Below, piece after piece: positions 1 to 9,781 of a DNA stretch of 64,000 nt (position 1 is the first letter of the stretch; each line of letters opens with the position of its first letter). The notes beneath the pieces were generated by a model, which worked only from the letters and a program-made list of their open reading frames with translations, was not told the origin of the DNA and did no database searches. Where the stretch lies: positions 592-64,591 of the forward strand of contig CAWHPV010000016.1 in NCBI GenBank assembly GCA_963831365.1, read 5' to 3'. The DNA is from an uncultured Thermoleophilaceae bacterium (GTDB taxonomy: Bacteria; Actinomycetota; Thermoleophilia; Solirubrobacterales; Thermoleophilaceae). The position numbers and the translations under genes were made by a program.

Positions 1-97
1 GGACAGGGCACACTTCGCCGCGGTCGCCGACGGCGAGGAAGCCCGCGTGGTCCTCGTTCGCGCCGAGAGCGGCTGGGCGGTCGAGACCGTCGAGTAG
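1..97 (+). CDS. 3' end of an unidentified CDS entering from upstream (...VVLVRAESGWAVETVE*)
   Basis: Open frame from the window edge (frame of nt 2) to TAG at 95-97 with GC-rich third positions. Too short to name. Confidence 0.3.
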   Translation, partial: DRAHFAAVADGEEARVVLVRAESGWAVETVE

Positions 98-153
98 CCG
101 TCGGCCGCCCGGAAGGGGCTTCGTCCCGGCCCAGGGCCGCTAGCTTCCCGGCG

Positions 154-711
154 GTGCGGATCGACGAGCTCCTGCCGGGCTTCCGGCCCGAGAACGAGCT
201 CGAGGCGCGCATCGCGCGCGAACCCGACCTGATCCGCGGCCTGGCGTGGGGCGAGCCGCGCTCCGGGCACCCGGAGGGCAGCGTCGCCCGCCACGTCACG
301 GATCTGCTCGGACGGCTCGATCGCTCCGGCGAGACGGGCGAGCGCCGGGCGATGCTCCGCCTCATCGTGCTGGTTCACGACTCGTTCAAGTACCAGGTGC
401 TGGGCTGGCGGTCGAAGCGGGGCGAGAACCACCACGCGATGCGCGCGCGCCGGTTCGCGGGGCGCTTCACAGACGACGAGCGCGTCCTCGCCGCGATCGA
501 GCTGCACGACCGCCCGTACGCAATCTGGCGGCGGCTCAGGCGGACGGGCCGGGTGGACGAGCGGCAGTTCGAGGCAATGGTCAGGCGCGTGCCCGACATG
601 GATCTGTTCGTCGCGTTCGTCGAGCTCGACGGCGCAACGGAGGGCAAGACGCCCGAGCCGACGCGGTGGTTCAGATCGGAGCTGAGCGCTCGCGGGATCG
701 CGGCGGCCTGA
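154..711 (+). CDS. HD-domain-like hypothetical protein
   Basis: 185-aa ORF with an H...HD-type pattern (GHPEGSVARH ... LIVLVHDSFKY). Codon bias is typical of the window. Family not recognised more precisely. Confidence 0.6.
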   Translation: MRIDELLPGFRPENELEARIAREPDLIRGLAWGEPRSGHPEGSVARHVTDLLGRLDRSGETGERRAMLRLIVLVHDSFKYQVLGWRSKRGENHHAMRARRFAGRFTDDERVLAAIELHDRPYAIWRRLRRTGRVDERQFEAMVRRVPDMDLFVAFVELDGATEGKTPEPTRWFRSELSARGIAAA

Positions 712-949
712 GCGGGCTCGCTGCGGCGACCGAGGCCGCGAGGCCACTCGAGCACGCGTCGCGACCACGGCCGCTCGCGTGCGTCGGAGATCCGCAGGCC
801 TCCAGGGCCGGGGCGTCGCCGTAGGCGTCCGGGCGAGGGTCCGGCAGCCGGTACTCGCCGAGCGTCGCGAACTCGAGCGCGGCGTCGATCCCGTCGCGGA
901 TCAGCCATCTCAACTCTGTGCGGGCCTCGACGAACATGTGTTCGCGCAA
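671..949 (-). CDS. small hypothetical protein (weak)
   Basis: 92-aa ORF divergent from the thioesterase gene. The N-terminal half (MFVEARTELRWLIRDGIDAALEFATLGEY) looks protein-like. The C-terminal half is low-complexity and overlaps the 3' end of 154..711. Confidence 0.25.
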   Translation of the reverse strand: MREHMFVEARTELRWLIRDGIDAALEFATLGEYRLPDPRPDAYGDAPALEACGSPTHASGRGRDACSSGLAASVAAASPLRPPRSRERSAPI

Positions 950-1049
950 GCTAGGGCGCGCTCCGGACGGAACGTGCCCCCCTGCAAGCCTCCTTGCAGC
1001 CGGCGAGCCGGGCGCGCCGCCCGCTCGCCCAGGTACGCTGGCGGCTGGG

Positions 1050-1478
1050 ATGGACCGCGCCTTCGTCCACCGCCTGAGGGTCCGCTATGGCGAGTGCGAC
1101 CCCCAGGGCGTCGTCTTCAACGCGAACTACTTCATGTACTTCGACGTCGCGCTCACCGAGCTCTGGCGCGAGGCGCTCGGGGCCTACGGGGAGATGACGG
1201 CCGGCGGCACCGACATGGTCGTGGCCGAAGCGCGTGCGCGCTATCTCGCTCCCGCGCACTTCGACGACGAGCTCGACGTGCGTGTGTCCATCAGCCACCT
1301 GGGCACGACGTCGATGGGGACCCGCATGTCCGTGCGGCGTGGGCCGGTCGAGGTAGTGGAAGGCGATATGCGCCACGTCTTCGTGGACATGGAGCACAAG
1401 CGAAAGACCGAGATCCCCGCAGAGGTGAGACGCGCGTTGGAGCGCTACCTGATCGCCGCGGAGCCGGTCCGCGCCTGA
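1050..1478 (+). CDS. acyl-CoA thioesterase, 4HBT/YbgC hotdog family
   Basis: ATG at 1050 inside ORF 918..1478. The N-terminus VRVRYGECDPQGVVFNANYFMYFDVALTELWREAL matches the YbgC/4HBT pattern. Confidence 0.8.
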   Translation: MDRAFVHRLRVRYGECDPQGVVFNANYFMYFDVALTELWREALGAYGEMTAGGTDMVVAEARARYLAPAHFDDELDVRVSISHLGTTSMGTRMSVRRGPVEVVEGDMRHVFVDMEHKRKTEIPAEVRRALERYLIAAEPVRA

Positions 1479-1479
1479 C

Positions 1480-2520
1480 ATGGTCCACCTACGCATCGTC
1501 GCGCCGGGGGAGTGCGGCAGGCATGCGCTCGACCTCCTGACCGCCTCCCCCGCGGTCATCAACGTCATCCATCTGCCCGGGGCGGCGCGGAAGCCGGAGG
1601 GCGACGTCATCCTCTGCGACGTCGCGCGCGAGGAGGCCAGCGTGATCCTGAGCGATCTGCGCGAGCTGCACGTCCCGGAGGAGGGCTCGATCGCCGTGGA
1701 GATGATCGACAGTCAGATCTCCGGGGCCGCGGTGGCCGCCGAGAAGGCGGCCAAGGGACTGCCGTCCGACGCGGTCCTCTGGGAGGAGGTGGAGTCCCGG
1801 ACGTCGGAGAACACCGAGCTCTCCTTCAGCTTCATCGCGTTCATGGTGCTCGCGACGCTGATCGCGTCCGTCGGCATCCTGCTCGACTCGCCGATCCTGA
1901 TCATCGGGGCGATGGTCGTCGGCCCGGAGTTCGGCCCGATCGCCGGCCTCTGTGTAGCGCTGGTGGAGCTGCGCGGCGACCTCGCCCGGCGCTCCGCAAT
2001 CGCGCTCGGGGTCGGCTTTCCGCTCGCGATCGCCCTGACGCTCGGCATGATGGTCGTACTCCGTCTGACGGGCGTCGCTCCCGATGAGTTCACGCCCGCC
2101 GACCACCCGCTCACCTCCTTCATCTCGAACCCGGACGTGTTCTCGTTCCTCGTCGCGTACTTCGCTGGGGTGGCCGGAGTGCTGTCCCTTACGACCGCCA
2201 AGTCGGGCGCCCTGATCGGTGTCCTGATCTCTGTGACCACGATCCCGTCGGCCGCCGGCGTCGCGGTGGGCATCGCCTACCAGGACTGGGGCGAGGCGGG
2301 TGGCGCCCTGCTGCAGCTCGGGATAAACCTCGTGGCCATCCTGCTCGCCGGCGTCGGCACGCTCTACCTTCAGCGCCGCCTCTATGTCGCCCGGCGCCGA
2401 AAGCACCGGACCGACCCCGCGCGGACAGCCGCGGGCCTCCCGGCCACGCCGCGCCATCGCCGTGCGAAGCATGGATCGGAGAGCGAGGGCGCTCCGCCCA
2501 GCGGCGAGGTGGTGCCCTAG
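1480..2520 (+). CDS. DUF389 family membrane protein
   Basis: 346-aa ORF with a soluble N-domain followed by several hydrophobic helices (ELSFSFIAFMVLATLIASVGILLDSPILIIGAMVVGPEFGPIAG), typical of DUF389/TIGR00341. Confidence 0.8.
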   Translation: MVHLRIVAPGECGRHALDLLTASPAVINVIHLPGAARKPEGDVILCDVAREEASVILSDLRELHVPEEGSIAVEMIDSQISGAAVAAEKAAKGLPSDAVLWEEVESRTSENTELSFSFIAFMVLATLIASVGILLDSPILIIGAMVVGPEFGPIAGLCVALVELRGDLARRSAIALGVGFPLAIALTLGMMVVLRLTGVAPDEFTPADHPLTSFISNPDVFSFLVAYFAGVAGVLSLTTAKSGALIGVLISVTTIPSAAGVAVGIAYQDWGEAGGALLQLGINLVAILLAGVGTLYLQRRLYVARRRKHRTDPARTAAGLPATPRHRRAKHGSESEGAPPSGEVVP

Positions 2521-3623
2521 CGCCCGGTGGCCGCGGGCGCCGAGGACGACGCCTGAAGCTTGCCCCGGACCCGCGCGATCACCTCGTCCGTGAACTCCCC
2601 GGTGGACGCGTGGCCCCCGAGGTCGGGCGTCCGCACGCCGGCAGCGGTCGCCTCGAACACGGACTCGTAGATCGCCCGCGACGCCGGCTCGGATTCGGCC
2701 GCTCCGGCCTCCGACACGTAGTGGAGGAGGGCCGCGGTCGCCAGGATCATCGCCATCGGGTTGGCGATGTCCTTGCCCTGGAGCGCCGGGGCCGTTCCGT
2801 GCGGCGCCTCCGCCATGACGGTGCTCAGCTCGTAGTCGCCCTCGAAAGCGAGCAGGACCGACTCGGCGGCCGCGATCGAGCCGAACAGCGGCAGCACGAG
2901 GTCCGACAGACAGTCGCCGTCGCGGTTGAGCGCCGGCACGACGAGCGGCGTGTCGAGCGACCCCGAGACCAGCCCGGCGTAGGTGGCATCGATCAGCACC
3001 GGCTGGTACGGGACGTCCGGGTGGCGTTCGTTTGCCGCGTCGAGCTCCTCCTTGAGCATGCCCTCGTACACGGGGCTCACGGTCCACTTCGGGCCGCCGT
3101 AGACGCGCGCGCCGAGGCGCTCCGCCGTCCGGAAGGCGTACTCTGCCACCGCCGTGCAGTTCTCGCGCGTGATGCGCTCGGTCCGGCACGCGGCCTCGCC
3201 GCCGCCCTCGATCTGCTCACGCCACTGCTCGGCGCCGTACGCGTCGCCAACGGCCATCCGGCAGACCGCGATCGGGTGGTGGATCCCGGCGATCGGCGTG
3301 ACGCCCGGGATTCGCCGGCCGGTGCGGATGATCACCTTGCCGTCGATCTGCTCGCGCAGGTGACGATTCGGGCTCCCCACGTCGTCGGCGCCCTCGGGCG
3401 TGACGGTCGCTGCCTTGAGCCCGAAGCCCGCCTTCCGCATCGCGGCTGCGGCGTCGGTCACGGTTGCGTTGCCGGTGTCACGCCGGCTCGCGAGCGACAG
3501 GTCGAAGTGCTCGAGCTCGGCGTCGACGCCGGTCACCGCGGGGTCCAGCACTCGGATCGCCTGCTCGAGGAGCTCCTGCCCGGTCTCGTCGCCGTCGAGG
3601 ACGACGATGTGCAGGTCCGCCAC
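2517..3623 (-). CDS. isocitrate/isopropylmalate dehydrogenase family protein
   Basis: C-terminal 369 codons of ORF 2517..4346, with a GTG start at 3623 (VADLHIVVLDGDETGQELL). Contains ...EAPHGTAPALQGKDIANPMAMILATAALL, typical of the ICDH/IPMDH family. The upstream part of the ORF is Arg/Pro-rich shadow. Confidence 0.8.
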   Translation of the reverse strand: MADLHIVVLDGDETGQELLEQAIRVLDPAVTGVDAELEHFDLSLASRRDTGNATVTDAAAAMRKAGFGLKAATVTPEGADDVGSPNRHLREQIDGKVIIRTGRRIPGVTPIAGIHHPIAVCRMAVGDAYGAEQWREQIEGGGEAACRTERITRENCTAVAEYAFRTAERLGARVYGGPKWTVSPVYEGMLKEELDAANERHPDVPYQPVLIDATYAGLVSGSLDTPLVVPALNRDGDCLSDLVLPLFGSIAAAESVLLAFEGDYELSTVMAEAPHGTAPALQGKDIANPMAMILATAALLHYVSEAGAAESEPASRAIYESVFEATAAGVRTPDLGGHASTGEFTDEVIARVRGKLQASSSAPAATGR

Positions 3624-3628
3624 CGCGG

Positions 3629-4210
3629 TCAGCCCTCGGCGTCGGGGCTCGGGGCGAGTCCCAGCTCGTCCGCGCGCTCCTCCATCGCCGCGATAACCAG
3701 CGCGACGTGCGCGTCGAAGTCCACGCCCAGCTCCTCGGCACCGCGCTTCACGTCGTCGCGATCGACGCCCGCCGCGAAGCTCGGCTGCTTCAGCTTCTTC
3801 TTGACCGACTTCGGGGTGAGGCCGACGATGCCGGTGGGGCGGACGCGCGCGCAGGCGGCGATGAACCCGGACAGCTCGTCCACCGCGTAGAGCGTCCGCG
3901 CGAGCGGCGTCGTCCGTGGGACGCCGAGGAAGTCGGCGTGGCCGGCCACGGCGTCGACCAGGTCGTCCGGGTAGCCGCGCCGCGTGAGCTCCTCGATCGC
4001 CATCCGCGGATGTCCGGTCTGCAGGTCGGGGAAGCGCTCGTAGTCGAGGTCGTGGACGATGCCGGTGATCGCCCAGAGCTCCTCGTCCTCGCCGCCCTCG
4101 CGCGCGTACGCGCGCATCGCGGCCTCGACCCCGAGGACGTGCGCTCGCAGCGACTCCGACTCCGTCCACTCGCAGAAGAGCCGCCAGGCATCGTCGCGGG
4201 AGACCTCCAT
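3629..4210 (-). CDS. HD-domain phosphohydrolase
   Basis: 193-aa ORF with an HD motif (AITGIVHDLDYERF) and later His residues (DAVAGHADF). Confidence 0.75.
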   Translation of the reverse strand: MEVSRDDAWRLFCEWTESESLRAHVLGVEAAMRAYAREGGEDEELWAITGIVHDLDYERFPDLQTGHPRMAIEELTRRGYPDDLVDAVAGHADFLGVPRTTPLARTLYAVDELSGFIAACARVRPTGIVGLTPKSVKKKLKQPSFAAGVDRDDVKRGAEELGVDFDAHVALVIAAMEERADELGLAPSPDAEG

Positions 4211-4329
4211 CGCGGCCCACGCTACCTGGCTCGCATGACTTCCGATGCGCGTCGCCCGGATCGCCGTTGCCGCTTACGGCTTCGGTACCCTTGCCCGGTC
4301 GCTCGAGGGTCCGGCCGAGCGGCCTTTCC

Positions 4330-5628
4330 ATGGAGAAATTCGTCATCGAAGGCGGCTACCCGCTGTCCGGCAGGATCACGCCGAGCGGGAACAAGAACGC
4401 CGCCCTGCCAGTGCTCGCCGCCTCGCTCCTGACCGAGGAGGAGGTCGTAGTTCGAAACGTCCCGCGGATCCGCGACGTGGAGGCGATGCTCGAACTGCTC
4501 GGGGCGCTCGGCGTGCGGATCGAATGGCGCGGCGAGAGCGTCGTGGCGCTGAACGCCGGCCAAGTGCGGGAGACGCAGGTGGACGCCGACGTGGCGAGCC
4601 GGATCCGCGCGTCGTTCCTGCTCGCCGGGCCGCTGCTCGCGCGGTTCGGGGAGGCGCGCATGCCCCCGCCGGGAGGCGACGTGATCGGCCGGCGCCGCCT
4701 CGATCCTCACCTCGACGCCTTCCGCGCGCTCGGTGCGACGATCGAGGCGGATCGCTCGTACCTGCTCTCGGCACCGACGGGGCTGCGTCCGTGCGACTTC
4801 TTCCTCGACGAGCCGTCGGTCATGGCGACCGAGAACGCGCTCATGGCCGCCGCGCTCACGCCCGGGTCGACCGTCATCCACAACGCCGCGTCGGAGCCGC
4901 ACGTACAGGACCTCGCGCGAATGCTGCTCCAGATGGGGGCGCGCATCGAGGGAATCGGCTCGAACGTCCTGATCGTCCACGGACAGGACACGCTCGGCGG
5001 GGCCGATCACACGATCGCGCCGGACTACATCGAGATCGGCAGCTTCATCGCGCTCGCGGCGGTCACCGGCGGCGAGCTGCGGATCTCGGGCGTCGTGCCG
5101 GCCGACCTCAGGATGACGCGGCTCGCGTTCGACCGCCTCGGGTGCCGGATCGAGCTGGAGGGCGACGACGTCGTCGTGCCGCCCGAGCAACGGCTGCGCG
5201 TAAGGGACGACGCCGGCGACGCCATCTCGAAGATCGAGGACGGTCCGTGGCCCTCGTTCCCGGCCGACCTCACGAGCATCGCCCTCGCGATGGCCACGCA
5301 GGCCGACGGGATGGTGCTTATCTTCGAGAAGATGTTCGAGAACCGGTTGTTCTTCGTTGACAAGCTCGTCTCGATGGGCGCTCGGGTCCTGCTGTGCGAT
5401 CCACATCGCGCGGTGGTAAGTGGCCCGAGCCGGCTTCACGGTGAGCGCATGGAGAGTCCCGACATCCGCGCCGGGATGGCGATGCTCATCGCCGCCCTGT
5501 GCGCCGATGGCGTCTCGGAGATCGGCAACATCGGCCAGATCGATCGCGGCTACGAGCGCATCGACGAGCGCCTTCGCGGGCTCGGGGCGCGGATCGAGCG
5601 GATGGGGGCCGAGCTCGAGACCGCCTAG
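4330..5628 (+). CDS. murA: UDP-N-acetylglucosamine 1-carboxyvinyltransferase
   Basis: ATG at 4330 (MEKFVIEGGYPLSGRITPSGNKNAALPVLAASLL). Full-length EPSP-synthase-fold MurA pattern. Confidence 0.95.
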   Translation: MEKFVIEGGYPLSGRITPSGNKNAALPVLAASLLTEEEVVVRNVPRIRDVEAMLELLGALGVRIEWRGESVVALNAGQVRETQVDADVASRIRASFLLAGPLLARFGEARMPPPGGDVIGRRRLDPHLDAFRALGATIEADRSYLLSAPTGLRPCDFFLDEPSVMATENALMAAALTPGSTVIHNAASEPHVQDLARMLLQMGARIEGIGSNVLIVHGQDTLGGADHTIAPDYIEIGSFIALAAVTGGELRISGVVPADLRMTRLAFDRLGCRIELEGDDVVVPPEQRLRVRDDAGDAISKIEDGPWPSFPADLTSIALAMATQADGMVLIFEKMFENRLFFVDKLVSMGARVLLCDPHRAVVSGPSRLHGERMESPDIRAGMAMLIAALCADGVSEIGNIGQIDRGYERIDERLRGLGARIERMGAELETA

Positions 5629-5688
5629 GCGGTCTCGCGGAGCGCGTCGACGCGCGCGCCCGCGGCCGCTCGTGGGGCGGGCCACGGA

Positions 5689-6678
5689 GTGGATGGCCCG
5701 ATGATCAACCCGACGCCTCCCGGGACGCGCGACGTCCTGCCCGACGAGATGCGCGAGCTCCGCGCGATCTCGGAGCGCCTGCGAGCCGTCTTCGAGGACG
5801 CCGGCTACGGCGAGGTGTGGACCCCGGCGATGGAGTACGAAGAGGTTCTCGCGCGGGGCGACGAGCGGGTGGCCGGCGCCGGTTACCGCCTCTTCGACGA
5901 CCAGGGCCGGCTGCTGGTCCTCCGCTCCGACATGACCGTCCCGATCGCCCGTCTCGTGGCGTCGCGGTACCGCGACGCCACGCCGCCGATCCGGCTCTGC
6001 TACCTCGCCCACTCGTACAGGGCAGTCGAGCCCGGTAGCGGCCAGTCGCGCGAGTTCCTCCAGGCCGGGATCGAGTCGATCGGGCCGCCCGCGCCCGAGG
6101 GCGACGCCGAGGTCGTGGCGCTGGTGGCCTCCGCCCTCGACCAGGCGGGGCTTCGCCGCCACCGGATCGGGGTCGGCGACGGCTCCCTGTATCGCAAGCT
6201 GCTCGCGAGCTTCGACGTACCGCAGGAGGAGCGCATACCGCTGCTCGAGGCGCTTTCGCGCCGCGACCTCGTGGACCTCGAGATGCGGCTCGCGCGCCTC
6301 GCGCTGCCGGACTCCGCCCGGGAGCTCCTGACCGAGCTGCCGATGATCCGCGGAGGCCCCGAGGTGCTCGACCGCGCGGACGGTCCGGCGGCGGAGGCGG
6401 TCGAGGGCCTCCGCGCGTTGCACACGCTGCTCACGGAGCGCGGCGTGGCGGATCGCGTCATCTTCGACCTCGGGCTCGTGCGCGAGCTCGGCTACTACAC
6501 GGGTGCCGTGTTCGAGGTCTACGACCCGGCCGTCGGCTTCGCGATCGGAGGCGGCGGCCGCTACGACGACCTGCTCGGCCGCTTCGGCCGGCCGCTTCCC
6601 GCCTGCGGCATCGCCCTCGATCTCGAGCGCGTCCACATCGCGGCCAACGAGGAGGAGCGACTCGATGCGCTCGGATGA
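5689..6678 (+). CDS. hisZ: ATP phosphoribosyltransferase regulatory subunit
   Basis: HisRS-like paralogue lacking an anticodon domain (PPGTRDVLPDEMRELR...). It directly precedes and overlaps a short-form hisG. An alternative start lies at 5701. Confidence 0.85.
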   Translation: MDGPMINPTPPGTRDVLPDEMRELRAISERLRAVFEDAGYGEVWTPAMEYEEVLARGDERVAGAGYRLFDDQGRLLVLRSDMTVPIARLVASRYRDATPPIRLCYLAHSYRAVEPGSGQSREFLQAGIESIGPPAPEGDAEVVALVASALDQAGLRRHRIGVGDGSLYRKLLASFDVPQEERIPLLEALSRRDLVDLEMRLARLALPDSARELLTELPMIRGGPEVLDRADGPAAEAVEGLRALHTLLTERGVADRVIFDLGLVRELGYYTGAVFEVYDPAVGFAIGGGGRYDDLLGRFGRPLPACGIALDLERVHIAANEEERLDALG

Positions 6679-7309
6679 CGCGCTGACGATCGCCGTGCCG
6701 CGCGGCGCTCTGTTCGCCGGGACGCTGGACCTGCTCGAGCGACTCGGCGCGAACGTGGGGGAGGTGCGGACGAACCAGCGCAAGCTCCTCTTCTCCGACG
6801 CCGGGATCGTGACGATGCGACCGAGCGACGTGCCCACCTACGTCGCCCACGGCGCCGCGGACATCGGGATCACCGGCAAGGACGTGCTGCTCGAGCAGTC
6901 GGGCCGCGGGGTCTACGAGCTGCTCGACCTCGGCTACGGGCGCTGCCGGATGATCGTGGCCGAGCGCGAGGGGGAGGACGCGATGTCCGAGTCGCTGAGG
7001 CGGCTCGGCACGGTGCGCGTGGCCACCAAGTACCCGGAGATCGCGGACCGGCACTTCGCGGACACCGGCCGGCAGGTCGAGATCGTCGAGGTCAAGGGCT
7101 CGGTGGAGCTCGCGCCCCTGACGGGGCTCGCCGACGCGATCGTCGACCTCACGGCCAGCGGGCGCACCCTGCTCGAGAACCGGCTCGTGGAGCGTGAGGA
7201 GGTGGCCGTCTGCACGGCCCGGCTGATCGCGAACCCGGTCGCCCACAAGCTGAAGGCGGCCGCGATCGACGAGCTGTCCGAGCGAATGCGGGAGGCGACG
7301 TGCGAGTAG
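6665..7309 (+). CDS. hisG: ATP phosphoribosyltransferase, short form
   Basis: ATG at 6665 inside ORF 6503..7309 (LTIAVPRGALFAGTLDLLE...RPSDVPTYVAHGAADIGITGKDVL). Overlaps the hisZ stop by 14 nt. Confidence 0.9.
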   Translation: MRSDDALTIAVPRGALFAGTLDLLERLGANVGEVRTNQRKLLFSDAGIVTMRPSDVPTYVAHGAADIGITGKDVLLEQSGRGVYELLDLGYGRCRMIVAEREGEDAMSESLRRLGTVRVATKYPEIADRHFADTGRQVEIVEVKGSVELAPLTGLADAIVDLTASGRTLLENRLVEREEVAVCTARLIANPVAHKLKAAAIDELSERMREATCE

Positions 7310-8556
7310 AGCGCTTTGGCGAGGGCGCGCGGGCCGAGGAGATCCGTGCGCTGGTCCCCGCCCCGCCGCGCGTCGAGGAGGAGGTCCGCGCGATCGTAGG
7401 CGAGGTCCGCGCCGGCGGCGACGAGGCGGTACGGCGCCTCACCGCCCGGTTCGACCGCGCCGAGGTGGCGCTCGACGAATTGGCCGTGTCGCCGGTCGAG
7501 ATCGAGTCCGCGGTGGGGACCCTCGAGCCATCCGTGCTCCGGGGCCTGCGGACGGCGATCGCGGGCGTCCGCACCGTCGCGCGCGCGCAGGTCCGGGACC
7601 TCGTGGTCTCCGATCTTCCCGAGGGGCAGCGCGTCGAGCTGCGCGAGGTCCCGGTCCGGCGGGCGGCGGCCTACGTCCCCGGCGGCCGGGCCGCCTACCC
7701 ATCGACGCTCGTGATGTGTGCCGTGACGGCGTTCGCCGCCGGCGTGGACGAGCTGGCGGTCTGCGCGCCACCCGGACCCGAGGGCCGGGCGCATCCGACG
7801 ATCCTCGCCGCGGCATGTCTCTGCGGCGTGACCGAGGTGTATCGAATGGGGGGCGCACAGGCGATCGCGGCGCTGGCGTACGGCACCGAGTCGGTGGCGC
7901 CGGTCGACGTGATCGCGGGGCCCGGCAATGCGTACGTGCGCGAGGCGAAGCGGCAGGTCGCGGGCGACGTGGGGATCGACGGACTCGCCGGGCCGAGCGA
8001 GCTGGTCGTGGCCGCGTCGGACGGTGCCGACCCCGAGCTCGCGGCGCTCGACCTCCTGGCCCAGGCTGAGCACGGGGCCGACGCGCTGCTCGCGCTCGTG
8101 ACGCCGGACGAGGCGCTGGCGCGGGCGGTCGAGCGGGCGGTGGCCGCGCTCGCGCCCCGGCGCCCCAGCGCCGCGGAGGGCGTCCTGGCTGTGGCGATCG
8201 TGTCGAGCGCCACGGCGGCGGTGACCCTCGCCGATGCGCTCGCCCCCGAGCACCTCGAGCTGGTCGGCTCCGACGTCGAGGCGCTCGACGGCCGCGTGCG
8301 CTCGGCCGGGTGCGTGTTCGTCGGCCGCGACGCGGGCACCGCGTTCGGCGACTACGTGGCCGGGTCGAACCACGTCCTTCCCACGGGCGGCGCCGCGCGC
8401 TTCCAGAGCGGCCTCTCGGTGGCCACGTTCCGGCGCCGAATGGCTCGGGTATCGTTGGCCGCCGGCGCCGCTCGAGGGCTCGCGCCCGCAGGAGCCGCGC
8501 TCGCCCGCGCGGAGGGCTTTCCGATCCACGGCGAGTCGATGGAGCGTCGCGCATGA
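7300..8556 (+). CDS. hisD: histidinol dehydrogenase
   Basis: 418-aa ORF with a GTG start overlapping the hisG end. Contains the conserved GPGNAYV and QAEHG motifs. Confidence 0.95.
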   Translation: MRVERFGEGARAEEIRALVPAPPRVEEEVRAIVGEVRAGGDEAVRRLTARFDRAEVALDELAVSPVEIESAVGTLEPSVLRGLRTAIAGVRTVARAQVRDLVVSDLPEGQRVELREVPVRRAAAYVPGGRAAYPSTLVMCAVTAFAAGVDELAVCAPPGPEGRAHPTILAAACLCGVTEVYRMGGAQAIAALAYGTESVAPVDVIAGPGNAYVREAKRQVAGDVGIDGLAGPSELVVAASDGADPELAALDLLAQAEHGADALLALVTPDEALARAVERAVAALAPRRPSAAEGVLAVAIVSSATAAVTLADALAPEHLELVGSDVEALDGRVRSAGCVFVGRDAGTAFGDYVAGSNHVLPTGGAARFQSGLSVATFRRRMARVSLAAGAARGLAPAGAALARAEGFPIHGESMERRA

Positions 8557-9140
8557 CCCGCAGTGCAGAGAGATCGCGTACGACGCGCGAGACGGAGATC
8601 CAGGTCTCGCTCGCGCTCGACGGCACGGGCGAGGGCACGCGGCGCACCGGAATCGGGTTCTTCGACCACCTTCTCGACGCTTTGGCGCGCCACGGCCACC
8701 TGGACCTCACGGTCGAGGCGCGCGGAGACCTGGAGACGGGCCCCCACCACACCGTCGAGGACACCGGGATCCTGCTCGGCCAGGCGCTCGACGAGGCGCT
8801 CGGCGACCGCTCCGGGATCGTCCGGTTCGGCCAGGCCACGATCCCGATGGACGACGCGCGCGCAACCGCGGTCATCGACATCTCGGGGCGGCCCTTCACG
8901 GTCGTTCGGGGCGAGCTGCCCGAGACTCGGGTCGGCGACTTCGACACGGACCTCGTCGAGGAGTTCATGCGTGCGGTAGCGAGCGCGGCGAAGCTGACGC
9001 TCCACCTCGAGATCGAGGCCGGTACGAATGCGCACCACATGGCCGAGGCCGCGTTCAAGGCGTTCGGCCGCGCGCTGCGGGCGGCGATCGCGATCGACCC
9101 CGACGAGTCGGCGGTGCCGTCGACCAAGGGCCTGCTGTGA
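8553..9140 (+). CDS. hisB: imidazoleglycerol-phosphate dehydratase
   Basis: ATGA overlap with the hisD stop. RTTRETEIQVSLALDG...IGFFDHLLDAL...HHTVEDTGI...AHHMAEAAFKAFGRAL matches the family. Confidence 0.95.
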   Translation: MTRSAERSRTTRETEIQVSLALDGTGEGTRRTGIGFFDHLLDALARHGHLDLTVEARGDLETGPHHTVEDTGILLGQALDEALGDRSGIVRFGQATIPMDDARATAVIDISGRPFTVVRGELPETRVGDFDTDLVEEFMRAVASAAKLTLHLEIEAGTNAHHMAEAAFKAFGRALRAAIAIDPDESAVPSTKGLL

Positions 9141-9781
9141 GCGTTCGGCTCGCGATCGTCGATTACGGGATGGGCAACCTCCGCTCGGTGGAGAAGGCGC
9201 TCCAGCGCGTGGGCGCCTCGACAGAGGTGACGAGCGAGGACGAGCGGATCGCGGGCGCCGACGGGGTAGTCCTCCCCGGCGTCGGGGCGTTCCCGAAGGC
9301 CATGGACCGGGTGCGCGAGCTCCGTCTCGACGCGGTGCTGCGCGAGCGCGTGGCGTCACGCGCCCCGCTGCTCGGCATCTGCCTCGGCATGCAGCTCCTC
9401 TTCGACCGGAGCTCGGAGCTCGGCGGCGCCGAGGGCCTGGGTCTGATCGGCGGCGAGGTCGCGCCGATCGACTCCCGCGGGCTCAAGCTTCCGCAGATCG
9501 GCTGGAACACGGTCGCCTGGCGGCGCGCCTCGCGCCTCACGGCCGGGCTCCCCGACCCCTGCGCCTTCTACCACGTGCACTCGTTCGCCCCCCGTCCCGC
9601 ACGGGCGGGGGACGCACTCGGCGCGTCCGACTACGGGTCCGGCTTCGTGACAGCGATCGAGCGCGATCCGCTGTACGGCGTCCAGTTCCACCCCGAGAAG
9701 TCGGGCGAGCACGGCCTGCGCCTGCTCGCGAACTTCGCGGCGGTGTGCGACGCCGAGGCGAGAGTCCGCCACGCCGCGTGA
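9137..9781 (+). CDS. hisH: imidazole glycerol phosphate synthase, glutaminase subunit
   Basis: GTGA overlap with the hisB stop. IVDYGMGNLRSVEKAL...GICLGMQLL...FHPEKS gives the class I GATase triad context. Confidence 0.95.
   Translation: MSVRLAIVDYGMGNLRSVEKALQRVGASTEVTSEDERIAGADGVVLPGVGAFPKAMDRVRELRLDAVLRERVASRAPLLGICLGMQLLFDRSSELGGAEGLGLIGGEVAPIDSRGLKLPQIGWNTVAWRRASRLTAGLPDPCAFYHVHSFAPRPARAGDALGASDYGSGFVTAIERDPLYGVQFHPEKSGEHGLRLLANFAAVCDAEARVRHAA

Noticed and set aside
1489-3189. 566-aa minus-strand ORF spanning the DUF389 and dehydrogenase genes
   Set aside because: Its composition is Arg/Gly/Pro/Ala-rich and low-complexity, and it runs antisense or out of frame to two genes with clear family signatures. 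It is a typical shadow ORF of a stop-poor, very GC-rich genome.
4222-6837. 871-aa minus-strand ORF antisense to murA and hisZ. The same class includes 7439..9127, 17712..19205, 24952..26451, 28378..30186, 31612..33435 and 35976..38339.
   Set aside because: All of these are antisense or off-frame to confidently identified genes. They have Arg/Pro/Gly-dominated composition and no recognisable motifs.
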